A stretch of DNA of 64,000 nucleotides from Spirogloea muscicola (taxonomy: Eukaryota): contig WELB01000013.1 of the NCBI GenBank assembly GCA_009602725.1, positions 756,561-820,560 on the forward strand, read 5' to 3'. This document shows, piece after piece, positions 25,944 through 40,017 of this stretch. Numbering within the stretch: position 1 is the stretch's first letter; each line of letters begins with the position of its first letter. The notes under the pieces were generated by a model, which had not been told where the DNA came from, searched no databases, and saw only the letters and a list, made by a program, of their open reading frames with translations. Both the position numbers and the translations under genes were made by a program.

Positions 25944-28761
25944 CTATGGGCAGGCGGATGCAGTGAAGTTCCAGGGCAGCAAATCTGATCTGCCACATGT
26001 TGGTGGAGGGTCCACTGCAACTCCGCCTGTCTCTTCATGGCCGTCCTGATTCGTTTCTGTGAAGCCACAGATGAGACGACAATGTCTTTGTCACCCCTTG
26101 CCGAGCCTGCGTGCCTGCCATGACCTCTGGTGCATCGGCGTACTCTTGAGGGGGTGGTGGTGGAGGGTCGTCACAATCAGAGTCCTCCTCGTCTGAGCAG
26201 ACTCACACCAACAGGCTAAGTGTGGAAATGAAGATGTATGGGAGCAAGCACACAACCACTATGGACCTATTGCACATATGCTGCAACATTGACAGATCCA
26301 ACGACTATATACACTCATGGCAGCTTGATGAAATGGAAGCGACACATGAGGATCTGGCGACACGTCAATCGTAGAGTGCGTGGATCTTGCACCTGACGAG
26401 GAGCTACCAGCGTCCCACTGACCAGCCGAGTAAGCATCATGGAACCAATGGGGATCCTGAGGCTGGGCAAAGTCTGACAATGGTGCAAAAGCGAAGTTGG
26501 CCTTTGTCTTGAATTCATCCATCTGCAAAAGAGGAGGAGACCTGCCTGAGACACAGTAGCAGCTTCTAGAATGTCAAACAACAGAAAGGACGTCCACCTT
26601 CGCATGGCACAGGGAAGACTTTCACCTAGGTCTTTTGCACATGGGAGGACTCCCTAGTACCTCTGCCTTTAAGCTACGCAGACTTCGTATCACACATGGT
26701 TTCATGCAAAGAAGGCTTGGCACATCACCCAGGAAGGTTCAGAGGTGGCGTGAAAGTCCCAGCCAATGTGTCCAAGATGCTTGACATCTGTAGGGTAGCC
26801 AATGTCCATGTCTGGGAGGTTGTTACCTGGACATTGCCGGACAAGCTTCAGTAGCAAGACAATTCTGCATTCCTTGAATAATCGTTCACAATCTGCATGC
26901 ATGAGGCAGCACCATATGCTGCATGCACCAAGACGTGTCAGTGGAGGCTCCACTGGCTTACCTCGACTTATGCTCAGTACACTTGCAAGCCGTAAGCGGA
27001 CCTTCTTCTTGTGTCCAGGTCTCCGAGTTGTAGCACTGGACTGGGCAGAACCACGACGCCTGGGTAACGGAGGAGCTGACTTTGTCTTCCGGAGCACCCT
27101 TGCTTGCTCACTGGATTGCTGTTTTTGAGGATCTGCAAAGAGCCGTAATGTACAACACCCTGTTGATAGATGACAAGAAACGCCGCAACTACTCTCTGTT
27201 GCAAGAAAGTCAGGAAATATTCTTAAGATTAGTCATGCCAGGCAGTTGTTTGCTTTCCTGCTCTCAGCTACAACAGGCAATAAGACTGGCAAGTCAGAGG
27301 ACAAATATGTGTCGACATCTACACATGATTTGCATCTCATGCTCACCTTCCTTGGAGGCAGCTGATCCACGTTTGGGGAGGCTCCTGTAAGTCACAATGG
27401 AGTCTGCTCCCTCGTGACTCGAGCTTGGCCTCCCTGACCGAGGTATCTCAGACTTACTACGTGAGACTTTCTTAAGGGAACAGCCTGCCCACTGGCTCGG
27501 GTCTCCAAGACCATGAGAGATCTTGTTGCCGATTGTCAATGCAGCTTCCATATCGCTGAATCCAAGCCCAACAAAGGCCCCATTCTGCAGAGCAAGAGAG
27601 CACAACAAGAGCACCTCATGCTAATGCAGACTATGCCACATAGTAAACAGAACAGCTGAGTACCAAGCATGTTCTCATGTACGTCATGGTACAATACGAG
27701 AGTGCTTAAGTATAGGGCTGATGCTAGGCCACGGGCTTGACCTGCTGACGAAGAGCAAAGAACCTCTTAGCAGGAGCAGAGAAATAGCTTGGAGCCCGGA
27801 GAGTATACTCAAACAGTATCTGACCATCCTGTTGAAATCGGCACAATGGTATCAATTATCTGAGCACCTCAGGGGCTTGCAGTTTGAACATGACATTGTG
27901 ACACTCCGTACAACTTCCACGTGTAAGAGAAAGCTGCTAAGGTAGTAGAGGCTGATTTGTCTGATCGTTCTTCAATTTCATTGCAGACTTCACTAGATGG
28001 CCAGCAAAGGTGCAAGCTACTGGCTCGCTGGACTGGCTTGCTCGGATTGGGAGGGGAAGTACTTGCAAGATGTGCATTTCACTATTTTGCAATGAATGTG
28101 CCAAGAGCATTAATTGCATGTCCTAGATTTGCCATAGTAAATCAACACAAGCCTACACTGCAATCTGCACTTACAAGAAGGTCCTGAAGCTCAAATTTGA
28201 AGGCGCCTGGACCAAGCGAATGCACGTGAAGCTCTCCTATTGCGCCCTTCAAGTTCCAGAAGCGGCTGCCCCGCAGAGCTTCGTACATTGTGACAGGGCA
28301 CCTTGCCTGAAAACAAGACATGGTGTCCATGCATGTGAACCTCGACTGCATGAGCCGTGAGGTGCTAAGCCTCGTCTTCTCACGTACAGGAGAGCAAGTA
28401 GCAGAGCCTTTGCATCAACAATTTTGCTTTGGGCAAGGAATCCGATGTATGACTCAAGCGCACACCCTGGTATGTAAGCATGCATGATGACGCCTGGCCA
28501 GGCAAGCTCGTATGCGCACTTCTTGCGACCACACGTCCTACTTGAGAAAGTACCAAGCGCGAGGCCGAGGCTCGGTATTCTGCCAGAGTATCGTGGCAGA
28601 CCAACGGCCGAAGGCCAGTCCTTCAACATGCCAGTGGCAGATCCGAGGCCCGACTGGAGCCTCCAAGCTAAGTCATTGGCCCCCGCCGACGGTCAAGCGC
28701 TGACGAGGGCGCAAGTCAGGGTGCTTACCACGGCAGTGGCGCCCGGGCAGGACTTCTCCAT
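25944..28761 (-). CDS. WH1/EVH1-like + basic + RIC-type CRIB + polyproline protein (WASP-like architecture, ROP-effector-like)
   Basis: Phase-compatible exons 28761-28729, 28306-28175, 27828-27742, 27584-27347, 27132-26962, 26826-26729, 26522-26393, then from 26192 down. CRIB is [18 protein letters not shown]...PSW|MDEFK. The 3' end is uncertain (stop 26035 if unspliced, 25944 with a short GC-AG intron). Confidence 0.75.
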
Positions 28762-29459
28762 CTCCGACGCCACCGGGCGGGCGACGGAGGGCCAATCGAT
28801 GTCCCCCTCGCGTGGCCCCTCTCATGCTAGAGCGGCCCGGCGGCAGCATTGCCGGCTGCCATCAGCAGCGCGGCGGCTCACATGGCGCCAGATCTGAAGT
28901 CGGGCCCCGGCGCTGGCCGGGGACCGAGGACGGGTAGCGGCAAGCCCGCAAAGCGCAGCACGATCTCCCGGCAGTCCCTCGGGAGCTCCAGTGAGCTTCT
29001 CAGCCAATTTCGAATCTTATCCGGCTACGGATGTGAATGCCCGCCGCTGGCCTGCGTTGCAGGCCGGGCCCGCAGGAAGCGCCGCGGGCGCTGCGCGCGG
29101 CGCAGCGCGCGGCGGCGTCGGCGGCGCGGACTGCGGGCGCAGATGGCCGCTGGACGAGGCGAAGCGGTCTGGATGACAAGGGCCGCCCCCCGGTCCGAGT
29201 TACCCGCCCGCGCCGTTAGCGTTGACCTGCGGGCCGCTTTGCGCGCGCCGGCGGTAGTCACCTCCAAACCGCCGTCAACTTCCAGGCAGCTTGTCAGGGT
29301 ATGTCCAAGCCGCCGATGAAGTTCATCGGACGGTTCACAGGCGACATTCCGGCACGCTTCCGTCGTTCGCCGACATTTCGTAGAGCCGTCCGCCGCTCGC
29401 GGGGGGCCCGGGGGGGGCCCGGGGGGGCGGTCGAGTACGTCGGGACTCTGGGCCGCGAG

Positions 29460-30200
29460 CCCCTGTCCCCATTTGTTGGCTGGCTTGTCTCACAGCTCCG
29501 CCCCGTTCGGAAGAGAGAAGACAGGCTCCTTCAAACGAAGCTGCTACTTCTTCTCAGCTCTTGCAAATCAAGGCAATGGCTGTAAGAGGCCAGCGCAAAA
29601 GAAAGAAAGCCTCACTCGTGCTCAAAAGGAAGATCAACTTCATTTAGCTTCTCCGTGCACAGAGGAAAGATGGCTTTGAAAGATATAGATGTTTGTGATA
29701 GGCTGTGAGAAGCCAGCTCAAAAACGACCTGGACAAGGTCCGCTGGGGCCACAGAGCGCTAAAGCACACAGCTGCACAGGACTGTTATGCGCATGCGGAG
29801 AAGCTGAGCGAGCGACCCAGCGGCAGCCTTCTCCTTTGTGGGCTGGCTTTCCACAGCCCTCGCACGCCATTGTGATGAGCGGCTTCTCTCTTACACTTTT
29901 GTGACAGCCACCGCCGGCTCTGCATTTTGCTCTCTCTCTGTACTTTTCTTTTCGGCACTTTTTGGTTTTTGGATGATGTCCATTCTTTTTGGGCTGGCTT
30001 TGTCAGCCCCTCTCCTCGATGGGCAGGCACTTTCGTCTGTGACGGCCAGTGGCACATGACAGCCGATAAGACGAGGATAGGAGAAGCAGCTCTTCCAGAA
30101 GAACTAGCTCTTCCGAAGGGGGCGAGGGCTGAGGAGAGCCAGCCCACAGGGATTTGTACAAGGTCCAATCAAAGAGAAATCTCTAAGAGTAATGGCAATG

Positions 30201-30242
<42 letters not shown>

Positions 30243-30500
30243 GGCTCTCCCAATGGGGGCAAGCGCTGTGAGAAGCCAGCCCGAAAAGAATTGACAAGGT
30301 TCGAAGGGGCCAAAGTACGAGCTAAGCAGCGACTGCGGGGCCTGAAGAGGCTATGGCAGAACGGGGGAGGATGGACCAGTTAGTAGTTACGAGTGAGGAG
30401 CCTCACATCCGACAGACTAGCTGCCGGTAAACTATACCCCTGACGAAAGCCGGAGGCCGCAAAGGCCTCCGGCTCGTGTGTGAGAGGCCACCCCAGTTAG
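29460..30500. mobile_element. Cluster of short CRE-like 3'-end fragments in both orientations, with a (GA)n tract
   Basis: Repeated GGCTGGC...CAGCC units near 29475, 29590, 29705, 29840, 29990 and 30270. Minus-strand remnant AASGFRQGYSLPAASLSDVRLLTRNY* at 30380-30465. Confidence 0.7.
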
Positions 30501-31183
30501 AATTCATAAGGTCCAAATGAGGTCATTAAAGATCAGGTCAATAAGCAATGTGGCGCGCGAGCATGGCGCTGGTGCTCAGCCACGACTGTTGCAGTCGACT
30601 AATTGTCAAACCAAGCATTGTCTCAAGTGGGGGCTATGTGCATCAATTAGTGTTGGTAGACAACCGTCAACGGGCCCACCTAAGCTAGCGCGGCCGAGGC
30701 GGCGGCCGCGGCGGCGGGCACTGTCGCCTCCGAGCCCGGTGGATCCTGCACGTGGAGGACACGTGCCGCATATTCAATGCCGCTGCTTGCCACCGCGGCA
30801 GGCTTAGCCGGCTACCTTGGTTGGACACGTGGCGGGTAGTGATGGCTCCCCCGGGTTGCCAGGTGGCAGCCTTAGGGGGACAGGCGTTGCGTTCACACGT
30901 TGTGAACATTTAGCACCTGGCCTTCGAGCTTAAGCTCCCATTCGGTGTAGTCTCTTGCATAGCTTGCATAGCCGTGTGGGGTTTGGCGCCATCCGGCCCC
31001 TTCAGACCTTGTCCATTCTTTGGGCTGGCCTCTCACAGCCACCAGTCACTTTGGAAGCAGCTGTTCTTCTGAACTGGCCTTTCACAGCCATTGCCGTAAA
31101 TTGGATGAGCTGCTTCTACTTTTAACAGCCGTTAGTAGAGCTCAATTCTTTACAGCAGCTTTTAGAAAACCATTTGAATTAGT

Positions 31184-31525
31184 TTGAAGACCAGTGTGAA
31201 AATGTGTGTACTCTCAAGTCCCTTGTGTATTGAACCGTATCGCAAAATTAGCACAAGACTCATATGTATATGTAATTCACCGAGGACATTTAGCCTCTCT
31301 CAAGCGAACTTATCTTCAATTAAGTTGACACAAGTATAAGAATACACATATTTACACATTGGTCTCCAAATTATCTTGTTACAACTCAATCAAGTTGGCT
31401 TTTCATAGAGAGGCTGAATGTCCTCTGTGAATGACATAAATATCTGAGTCTTGTAAACAATACGAGGATAGGGTTCAACACACATGAGTCTTGTGATAAT
31501 TAGGAGGATAGGGTTCAATACATAA
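31184..31525. repeat. AT-rich inverted, circularly permuted repeat of about 150 bp (foldback/satellite-like)
   Basis: Imperfect reverse-complement pairs: 31184-31215 with 31341-31370, 31257-31300 with 31407-31450, and 31223-31261 with 31486-31525. Confidence 0.6.
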
Positions 31526-31609
31526 TGGCCTTAAATTATGCCCTTGTTCACATCAGAGTAGACATACAAGTCGTCCTTCATGTGCTGGGTCCCGGAGGGA
31601 CAGGGATGT

Positions 31610-32910
31610 CACTCTGCAGCGATCCCTGGCACCTTCTCGTCCTTTGTTCATTCTTTTTTGGGCTGGCTTTTTCCAGCCCCTATCGTCAATGGGCGAGCCC
31701 TTCTTCCCTTGCGCGCATCATTGCTGATGTGGTCACCACTGATGTGGTCGACCGCTCCAATCCGGGGCATTCTGCCGCGCGGGGTGGCCAGGCTGCGGCG
31801 AAAGCCGCTCGCTGCAAGGCGGCCAAACATGCTGATCACCCGGCTGGGGACGAGTTCGTACCCCTGGCCGTGGATGTACACGGGGCTCTCGGGTCCCCGT
31901 GGCTCGACCTGCTGGCCAAGCTTGCGCGGCGCGCTGTGTCCCGCAGGCAAGGTGAGCCGGCTAACTTCAATGCCGCTAGCTCATGGGCCCAAGTTTATCG
32001 CATGCGGTTGTCAGTCTCCCTTCAGCGGTCCATGGCACACGCCTTGCATCTGCCGGGCTCTCGCTGCAACCTCTGGCTTTCGCCAGGGGGATCGGCGATT
32101 AGTCTGTCGGATTTGAAGCTACGAGTGAGGTACTCGTAGCTACTGAGTGGTCCATCCTCAGAAGTGCGCGCCCATAGAGAAGAGGGGCTGGCAAAGCCAG
32201 CCCAAAAAAGAATGGACAATGTCCAAAGCCAAAGAAAGTGGAGCCGGAAAAAGGACTACACTGCAAAACACTGCAGAACACAGAGAGGATGCAGAGGGAA
32301 GCTCAGTACCGACGAGTGAGCAACATCAGGTCTGAGTAGCTCGCTGCAGGGAAAAAGGCACTGCGCCGAGACCCAGAGGCGGCGGCCATAGCACGGCCTG
32401 CTCGCGTGTGGACGGCGTGGGCAAGGGATAGTTTTCCGGCAGCTAGTCTGTCGGATTTGAGGCTCCTCACTCGTAACTACGAGTGAGGAGCCTCATGAAT
32501 GCAACTTTTGGGCTGGCCTCTCCCATCCACCAGTTAATCTGGCCGCGCTTGCTTTCAAAAAAAAAAAAAAAAAAAAAAAAAAACTACTGAGTGGTCCACC
32601 CTCCCCCCTTCTGCCATAGCCTCTTCAGGCCCCACAGTCGCTGCTTAGCTCGTAGTTTGGCCCCTTCGAACCTTGTCAATTCTTTTCGGGCTGGCTTCTC
32701 TCTCTCTTCTCACAGCCCTTGCCCCCATTGGGAGAGCCACTTCTTCTCGCAGCCACCAGTTAATCTGGCCGCGCTTTTCTTAAGCAACAGCCACGGCTCG
32801 CGCCGCGCTTGCTCCACGGTAGGTGAAGAGGGTACAACAAGAAAAACAGCCGCTTCCAAGTTGACTGGTGGCGCTGTGAGAGCCAAGCCCAAAAAGAATG
32901 GACAAAGAGT
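31610..32910. mobile_element. Nested/tandem CRE-like non-LTR fragments including an RLE-domain remnant
   Basis: + strand IIADVVTTD...KAAKHADHPAGDEFVPLAVDVHGALGSPWLDLL...RMRLSVSLQRSMAHALH. - strand copy with AASYSDLMLLTRRY* and 3' hairpin at 32160-32420. Further 3' units and a poly(A) at 32557-32583. Confidence 0.8.
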
Positions 32911-33077
32911 GGACAAGGACAACAACTCTCAAATCCCTGGATGCGGACCAGATTTGAGCTTCCACATAACATTCGCGGGAAGAAGCCTATCCTTGAATTG
33001 AACATGGAACATTTATCAGCAGCCGTACCCTCATGATCTCACACGGCATGTTGCCAGTGACGCCCGGGAGGGCCGCC

Positions 33078-35210
33078 ATGGCCATCACCTCGCCGCCGCC
33101 GTCGCCGCCGCCGCCGCCATCTGCGCCCGGCACGGCGGAGCCGCCGTCGCGGACGCTCCGCTCGCCCTGCCCGCCGCGGCCTCCCCACGGCGGCTGCTCG
33201 GCGAGGTGCGGCGGCAGTGGACGCAGGCTGCTCCCTGCGTCCGTCGGCCCGAGCCGTCTGGGCGCGGGCCTCCCGCCGCGGAGGCCATGGCGGAGCTCGA
33301 GGGAGGAGGAGCGGGCGCCCGCGCCGTCGGCGGGGAGGCGCAGGCCTGCTGGGGCCGCCCGCGCGGGCCTGCAGGAGGGCCAGCAAGCCGAAGCGGACGG
33401 CAAGTCTCAATGCAAGGCCGCCATATCTCTCACGTAGATAGAACTCCAAGTTCTGCCTTACGGCTCGGGATGGACGGACGGATCCCAGAGCATTATAGGG
33501 AACGTTTAGGTAAAGGGAGCCAGGCCTAATCAGCGTTGATTGAAGCCCCCTGCAGTGCGTGCTGTGTGGTGCAGCAGCCGCTGATGGTACTGGAGGCAGG
33601 CCCTCGGCCTCAAATCGCAGGTGATAGTCCGTCACAGCCTCTGCTGCGCTACTAGTCACACTTCAGGGCCGTAGAGGAAAGTGGCCTGTTTGGCCGACGC
33701 CCTGATGCTAATCCGTAATTCCTGCAGTGCCAATAGCAGAAACCCTAATTTAAATGCAATCGTGCCCTCGTTCTAACCTCGCACACAAGGTAATCCTTTC
33801 CAATCTCCAGCTGCTTGCCAGCCACGTGCATATTTGTAGATATTGCATCAGACCAGGAAGACCTCCATCTTCATGCTTTGGTAGGCCTCAGTGCTTTGCC
33901 AGGCCAGTCGCCTACAGAGCTGGTGGAGTGGGGGGGCACTCTGCCTTCAGGCAGAAGACTGCTCCTCGGAAGCCTCGTGGGCCTCTCGGTGGCCTTTGGA
34001 AGCAACTTCCTTGGTGTGACGAGCCTCGTCCTCAGCACGAACACTGCCCTCTCGAGGAGGCTAAAATTGGACGTCCTCTTCCCCATTGCAGGGTTCAAGC
34101 GATGCCTAGATGGCAGCCTCGGCTTTGGTATGTTCACTCCTTCCTAGAGTCACATGCGTTCACAGCAATTCTGGTTGAGCCCACTTCTGCACTTTCACAA
34201 TTGTCGGGCTCAGTCTGGAATGTTGTTTGTTGCTGTCCTCATCGTTGTTATCTTGCTCATTGCTTGCAAAATTATAGTAGGGGAACTACCCCCACGTAGT
34301 GTGCAGTGCATTTATGGCAAGCAATTACTGCCGAATGTAAGAGCAGGCATTAATATGATGTGTGCAGAATTTATGTACCCTGAGAGGTGGGTTGGGGACC
34401 AGCGGTTGCTCTATCGGGCAGCTGAACGGGCTGAGAGGGAGCGGTCACTGGACCTCCCCTCAATCAGAAAAAAGGAGCAGGGAATACGTCGAGCGGCAGT
34501 AGAGCCTGTAGTGGCTTTTGGACCGCCAGGGAGTGCAGGAGAGCTGAATGTCAGCGTTGTGGTGGCGCCAGTTGCGCGAGGCTTCCAGTGAGCTGACTTT
34601 ACCAGCTCTTAGAGTCAAGCCCAATGCCAGCAGATGTTACCTGAGCCATTGCTAGCTGCCCAGATCGTGTCAGTCGTATTGCTAGTTACTGATGTGACAT
34701 CCTGGGGCCACCTAGAGGTCTGAGCCATTGGCCATGTTCACGCCCTTTCTTCTGAGTCCTGCTTTGAAAGAAGCCTAGGTGCGGTCTTGATCCTGATCTA
34801 CCGAGCTTAACGGTGAATTGCTACTTCCGCTGATATTGGTGCATGCTGCTGGAACGGCCAGGCTTGAGGCCTTTGGGAGTGCGCAGCAAGTGGGCGAGCG
34901 TGTTCTCAATGACGTCATAGCGCCAAAGGGGTCCGACAAGGAGGCCGTCCTGGTGCAAGCAAACCGACGAGGAGGCAATGCTGGAGCTGCCACCACCTAC
35001 TACGTGCTTGAGTACACTGTGCAGGCCCCAACATTCTTTCGTCACAATGTATCTGTGTATGCCAGCTATGCTGACAACCTGTACTCGTTCAATGCTCAGT
35101 GCCCGGAGGCTTTGTGGCCCGATCAAAGGGACTCTTTGACCCAGGCAGCTCAATCCTTTAGATTGACTGCCAATTCGCTGGCCCTCGCACTGTTGCCGCA
35201 GCAGCTTTGA
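33078..35210 (+). CDS. PPD7: PsbP domain-containing protein 7 (thylakoid lumen)
   Basis: SGRRLLLGSLVGLSVAFGSNFLGVTS...LDVLFPIAGFKRCLD, EFMYPERWVGDQRLLYRAAERAE, EPVVAFGPPGSAGELNVSVVVAPV, YYVLEYTVQAPTFFRHNVSVY. Confidence 0.85.
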
Positions 35211-35489
35211 TCAGTTTGATTCAACCGTTGTTTGACTTTGAGCCTGCTTGGTCAGAGACCCTAGAACCTAGACCTTACAGAGTGAGTGATAGAGGCTGTA
35301 GGCATCTGCGGAGCTGCTATTTCCCTATTGCTATTTCCCTCATTAGACATCCATGAGTGTCGGGTCATGCATAACCCAACAGTGCACATACAGATCCGAC
35401 AGGCTAACTTGGGAAGATGGAGCGCCGCTATAGAAGCCAGTGGCCTGGCTTAGCGTGCGCCAAGCAGGCTGATGCATAGCCAAAGCTTA

Positions 35490-35830
35490 TTAGAGAAGAA
35501 GCTCTTCCAAAGCGACGAGGCGATGTGTGTGACGACAAGAGAAGAATTCCAACTTTGGGGCCGATGGCTGTATAGGAAAGAGCTCTTCCAGAGTAAGGCG
35601 ATGGATGTGAGAGGCCAGCCTAGAGATGAGTGGAGAAGGGTTCACTAGAATTCCCAACAGGGGTTGTCGCCTTTGGACCCTGGATCCTGCAAACACCAAG
35701 TCGGGCCTCTCACTGCCCATTGTCCTCTTCAGAAGAGCTGCTGCTTCTTCTTTCTATGGGCTGTGTAGGATGGACTGCGTCCTCCATTTCTGAGCTGGCC
35801 TTTCATAGCCCTCACAGTCTTCACTCTTCA
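35490..35830. mobile_element. Degenerate CRE-like 3'-end units
   Basis: GGCTGGCCTCTCACATCC...GGAAGAGCTCTT on the minus strand (35575-35620) and GAGCTGGCCTTTCATAGCCC on the plus strand (about 35790). Confidence 0.45.
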
Positions 35831-36541
35831 CAGCTGCTTTGTCAATTACAGCCATCGCCCACATCGGAAGGGCACATCCTCCACTCAGGTAGCTCCCTCG
35901 AGTGTGCCTCAGGTGAGTCTCTCCATCCGCTCCACAGGCAAAAACTGCGCATGTGCGGGCAGGCCGCACCTTGGCTACCGCCTCTGGCCTTTGTCGTGGC
36001 AACTTTTACAGCTGCTACTTACCCCGGCGTTCCGCTCTTGACTAGAGCTTATTGAACAACCATTTCTAATAGCCACTACACATAGCTAAGTGACTGGCAC
36101 CTTCATATTCTGTCATGCCTTCTGGGCTGCTCTTCTACAGCTACTTAAAAGGCCTTCTTCCCAATCATGAGCTGCAGACTTGCTCCAGCGTCCTGCCACA
36201 TCAGCCAGCATTGGTGCAGGCGTGTACAGATTGCTCCACAACCAATGTTGTGAGTGCAAGGGCACATCCACACGAAATGCCAGTCCTCTGTCCACTAAGG
36301 TATCTGATGTCTTGTGTACACCTCAGCCACAGTGCGAGGCTTTCGCTGCTGCACTTGCTAGCTTAAGCAGTACTGCCGCTATTGTACACATGGGCTACAT
36401 CACCGAGAAATATCGCTATGCAGTCGAAATCTCTAGAAGTAACCTCTCACTAAGATTGATCAAGCAGGAGGCTTGCTCCTGCCCAAGCCAACTGCGCCGA
36501 GCGCTCAACTACACTTTCCAGCGCCTCAGAGGAAACGAAGG

Positions 36542-38588
<2,047 letters not shown>

Positions 38589-38759
38589 CTCGCTGCCGCC
38601 GCGAGGCCCCGCCGCCGAGCCGGAGGCCCCGGGTAACTCTGCGCCTCGGCCGCCCGCGGCGTCTCCANGCGGCGGCGGCGGCGGCGGCGACGGAGGCGGA
38701 GGCGGCGACGGCGGCAACTGCGCGGCGGCGTTAGCGTGGAGTGAGGTGTCAGTGGTGAA

Positions 38760-39280
38760 AGGAAAGCTCAAGTACCCACGAGTGAGCAACATCAGGTCTG
38801 AGTAGCTCGCTGCAGCAAACGTGATAACCGCTACACCATGGGACCCCAGGCTGGCACAGTATTTTGCTGGTGAAAGGGCCCGAGTGGCACAACTACGAAG
38901 CCAGGTACTTTGACAGATGTTCGTTAGACTGCCGCTAACAGACAACAGACGCTTCCAAATTGACTGGTGGCTGTCAGAGGCCAGCCCAGAAGGAAGGGCA
39001 AGGTCCGGAGCTGGCTCTGCTAGCCCCTCTCTTTTGTACCACCAGCTCAGACTTCACCAGCTCGACTCGACCAGCTCTCTGGTGCAAAGCATAAGCCTGA
39101 GGGAGCTTGGAAGACCAGCTCAAACACAAGATCAGAAGCAGCTGCCAATACTCGTTTAGCTCTTCCGAGAAAGAAAGGATTAGACGAGGATTGTAAAAAG
39201 AAGTGGCTCACCCAAGGGGGGCAAGGGCTGTGAAAGCCAGGCTGAAAAGGATTGACAAAGGTTCGAAGGGGCCGAATGAC
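38760..39280 (-). mobile_element. CRE-like 3'-end fragments directly upstream of CFIm25
   Basis: AASYSDLMLLTRGY remnant at 38767-38815. Hairpin units at about 38960-39005, 39105-39125 and 39200-39270. Confidence 0.7.
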
Positions 39281-40017
39281 GGAGGGTCCGTAAGCTCTAT
39301 GTCAGAACGGGTGTAGGATGGACGGGTGTAAGAGGCAAGCCCAAAGTATCTATTGTATTCCGAATGGGCCGGAGGACGCATGACTCCACGACTTCTGCAA
39401 ATGGTCGCTCAAATATCACCAGTCTACAAATGCAGGCTAAGGCACTGGTCCGCCAATGATCGCCTTGCATACATACCTTTTCCTTTTGATCCCAAAGTAT
39501 GCTTGCACAGCAGCAACGCACACCTCAAGCTTGACAGCTATGACAGTGTATGCATCAATCCCATGCAACCAAATGCCTCCATTTGGCAGGTTGGATTCAT
39601 TCCTTGCCGACGTGCACAAAGTCATGAGCACATGTTGAAGCCCCTCATGCAAACAGCAACTGCGAGCAACACATCACGGCCCTATTCGGCGAGAATTTGT
39701 CCCTTGCTTCTTATTCCTAGATTGTTGAATCGATTTGGAAGTGCACTCCACGAGAATGTCTTGCACCTCGTTTGTCTAAGAGCATCTATACAGCCCAATT
39801 GACTGTCAGAGGGAAGAGACAACCAGGTGTCTAAAGAATTATGCGTAGAGTGTGGTGCACCCATGTGTGTACACACGAATGTGGTCCACAAGATATTACA
39901 TGACGTGCAAGTAGGCATAGTGCCACCTTTTGGGGCTGCCTGTCCTGACATGGAAGATGGATGGGTTGTGCTGGCAAGCAATCTGTGCTACAGCTGCCGA
40001 GACTGCAAGTCGTGTCG

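Noticed and set aside
30440..30480. Hammerhead ribozyme (CTGACGA followed by a stem-loop)
   Set aside because: No GAAA follows the stem and stems I/III are not evident. The sequence is the antisense of the retroelement ORF end plus a snap-back.
29460..32910. CRISPR-like array of GGGCTGGC...CAGCCC repeats
   Set aside because: Copies are divergent, irregularly spaced and in both orientations, in a eukaryotic context with no cas genes. They are explained as retroelement 3' ends.
39300..40010. Possible gene in the AT-richer spacer
   Set aside because: No recognisable motifs, codon bias or consistent exon chain.
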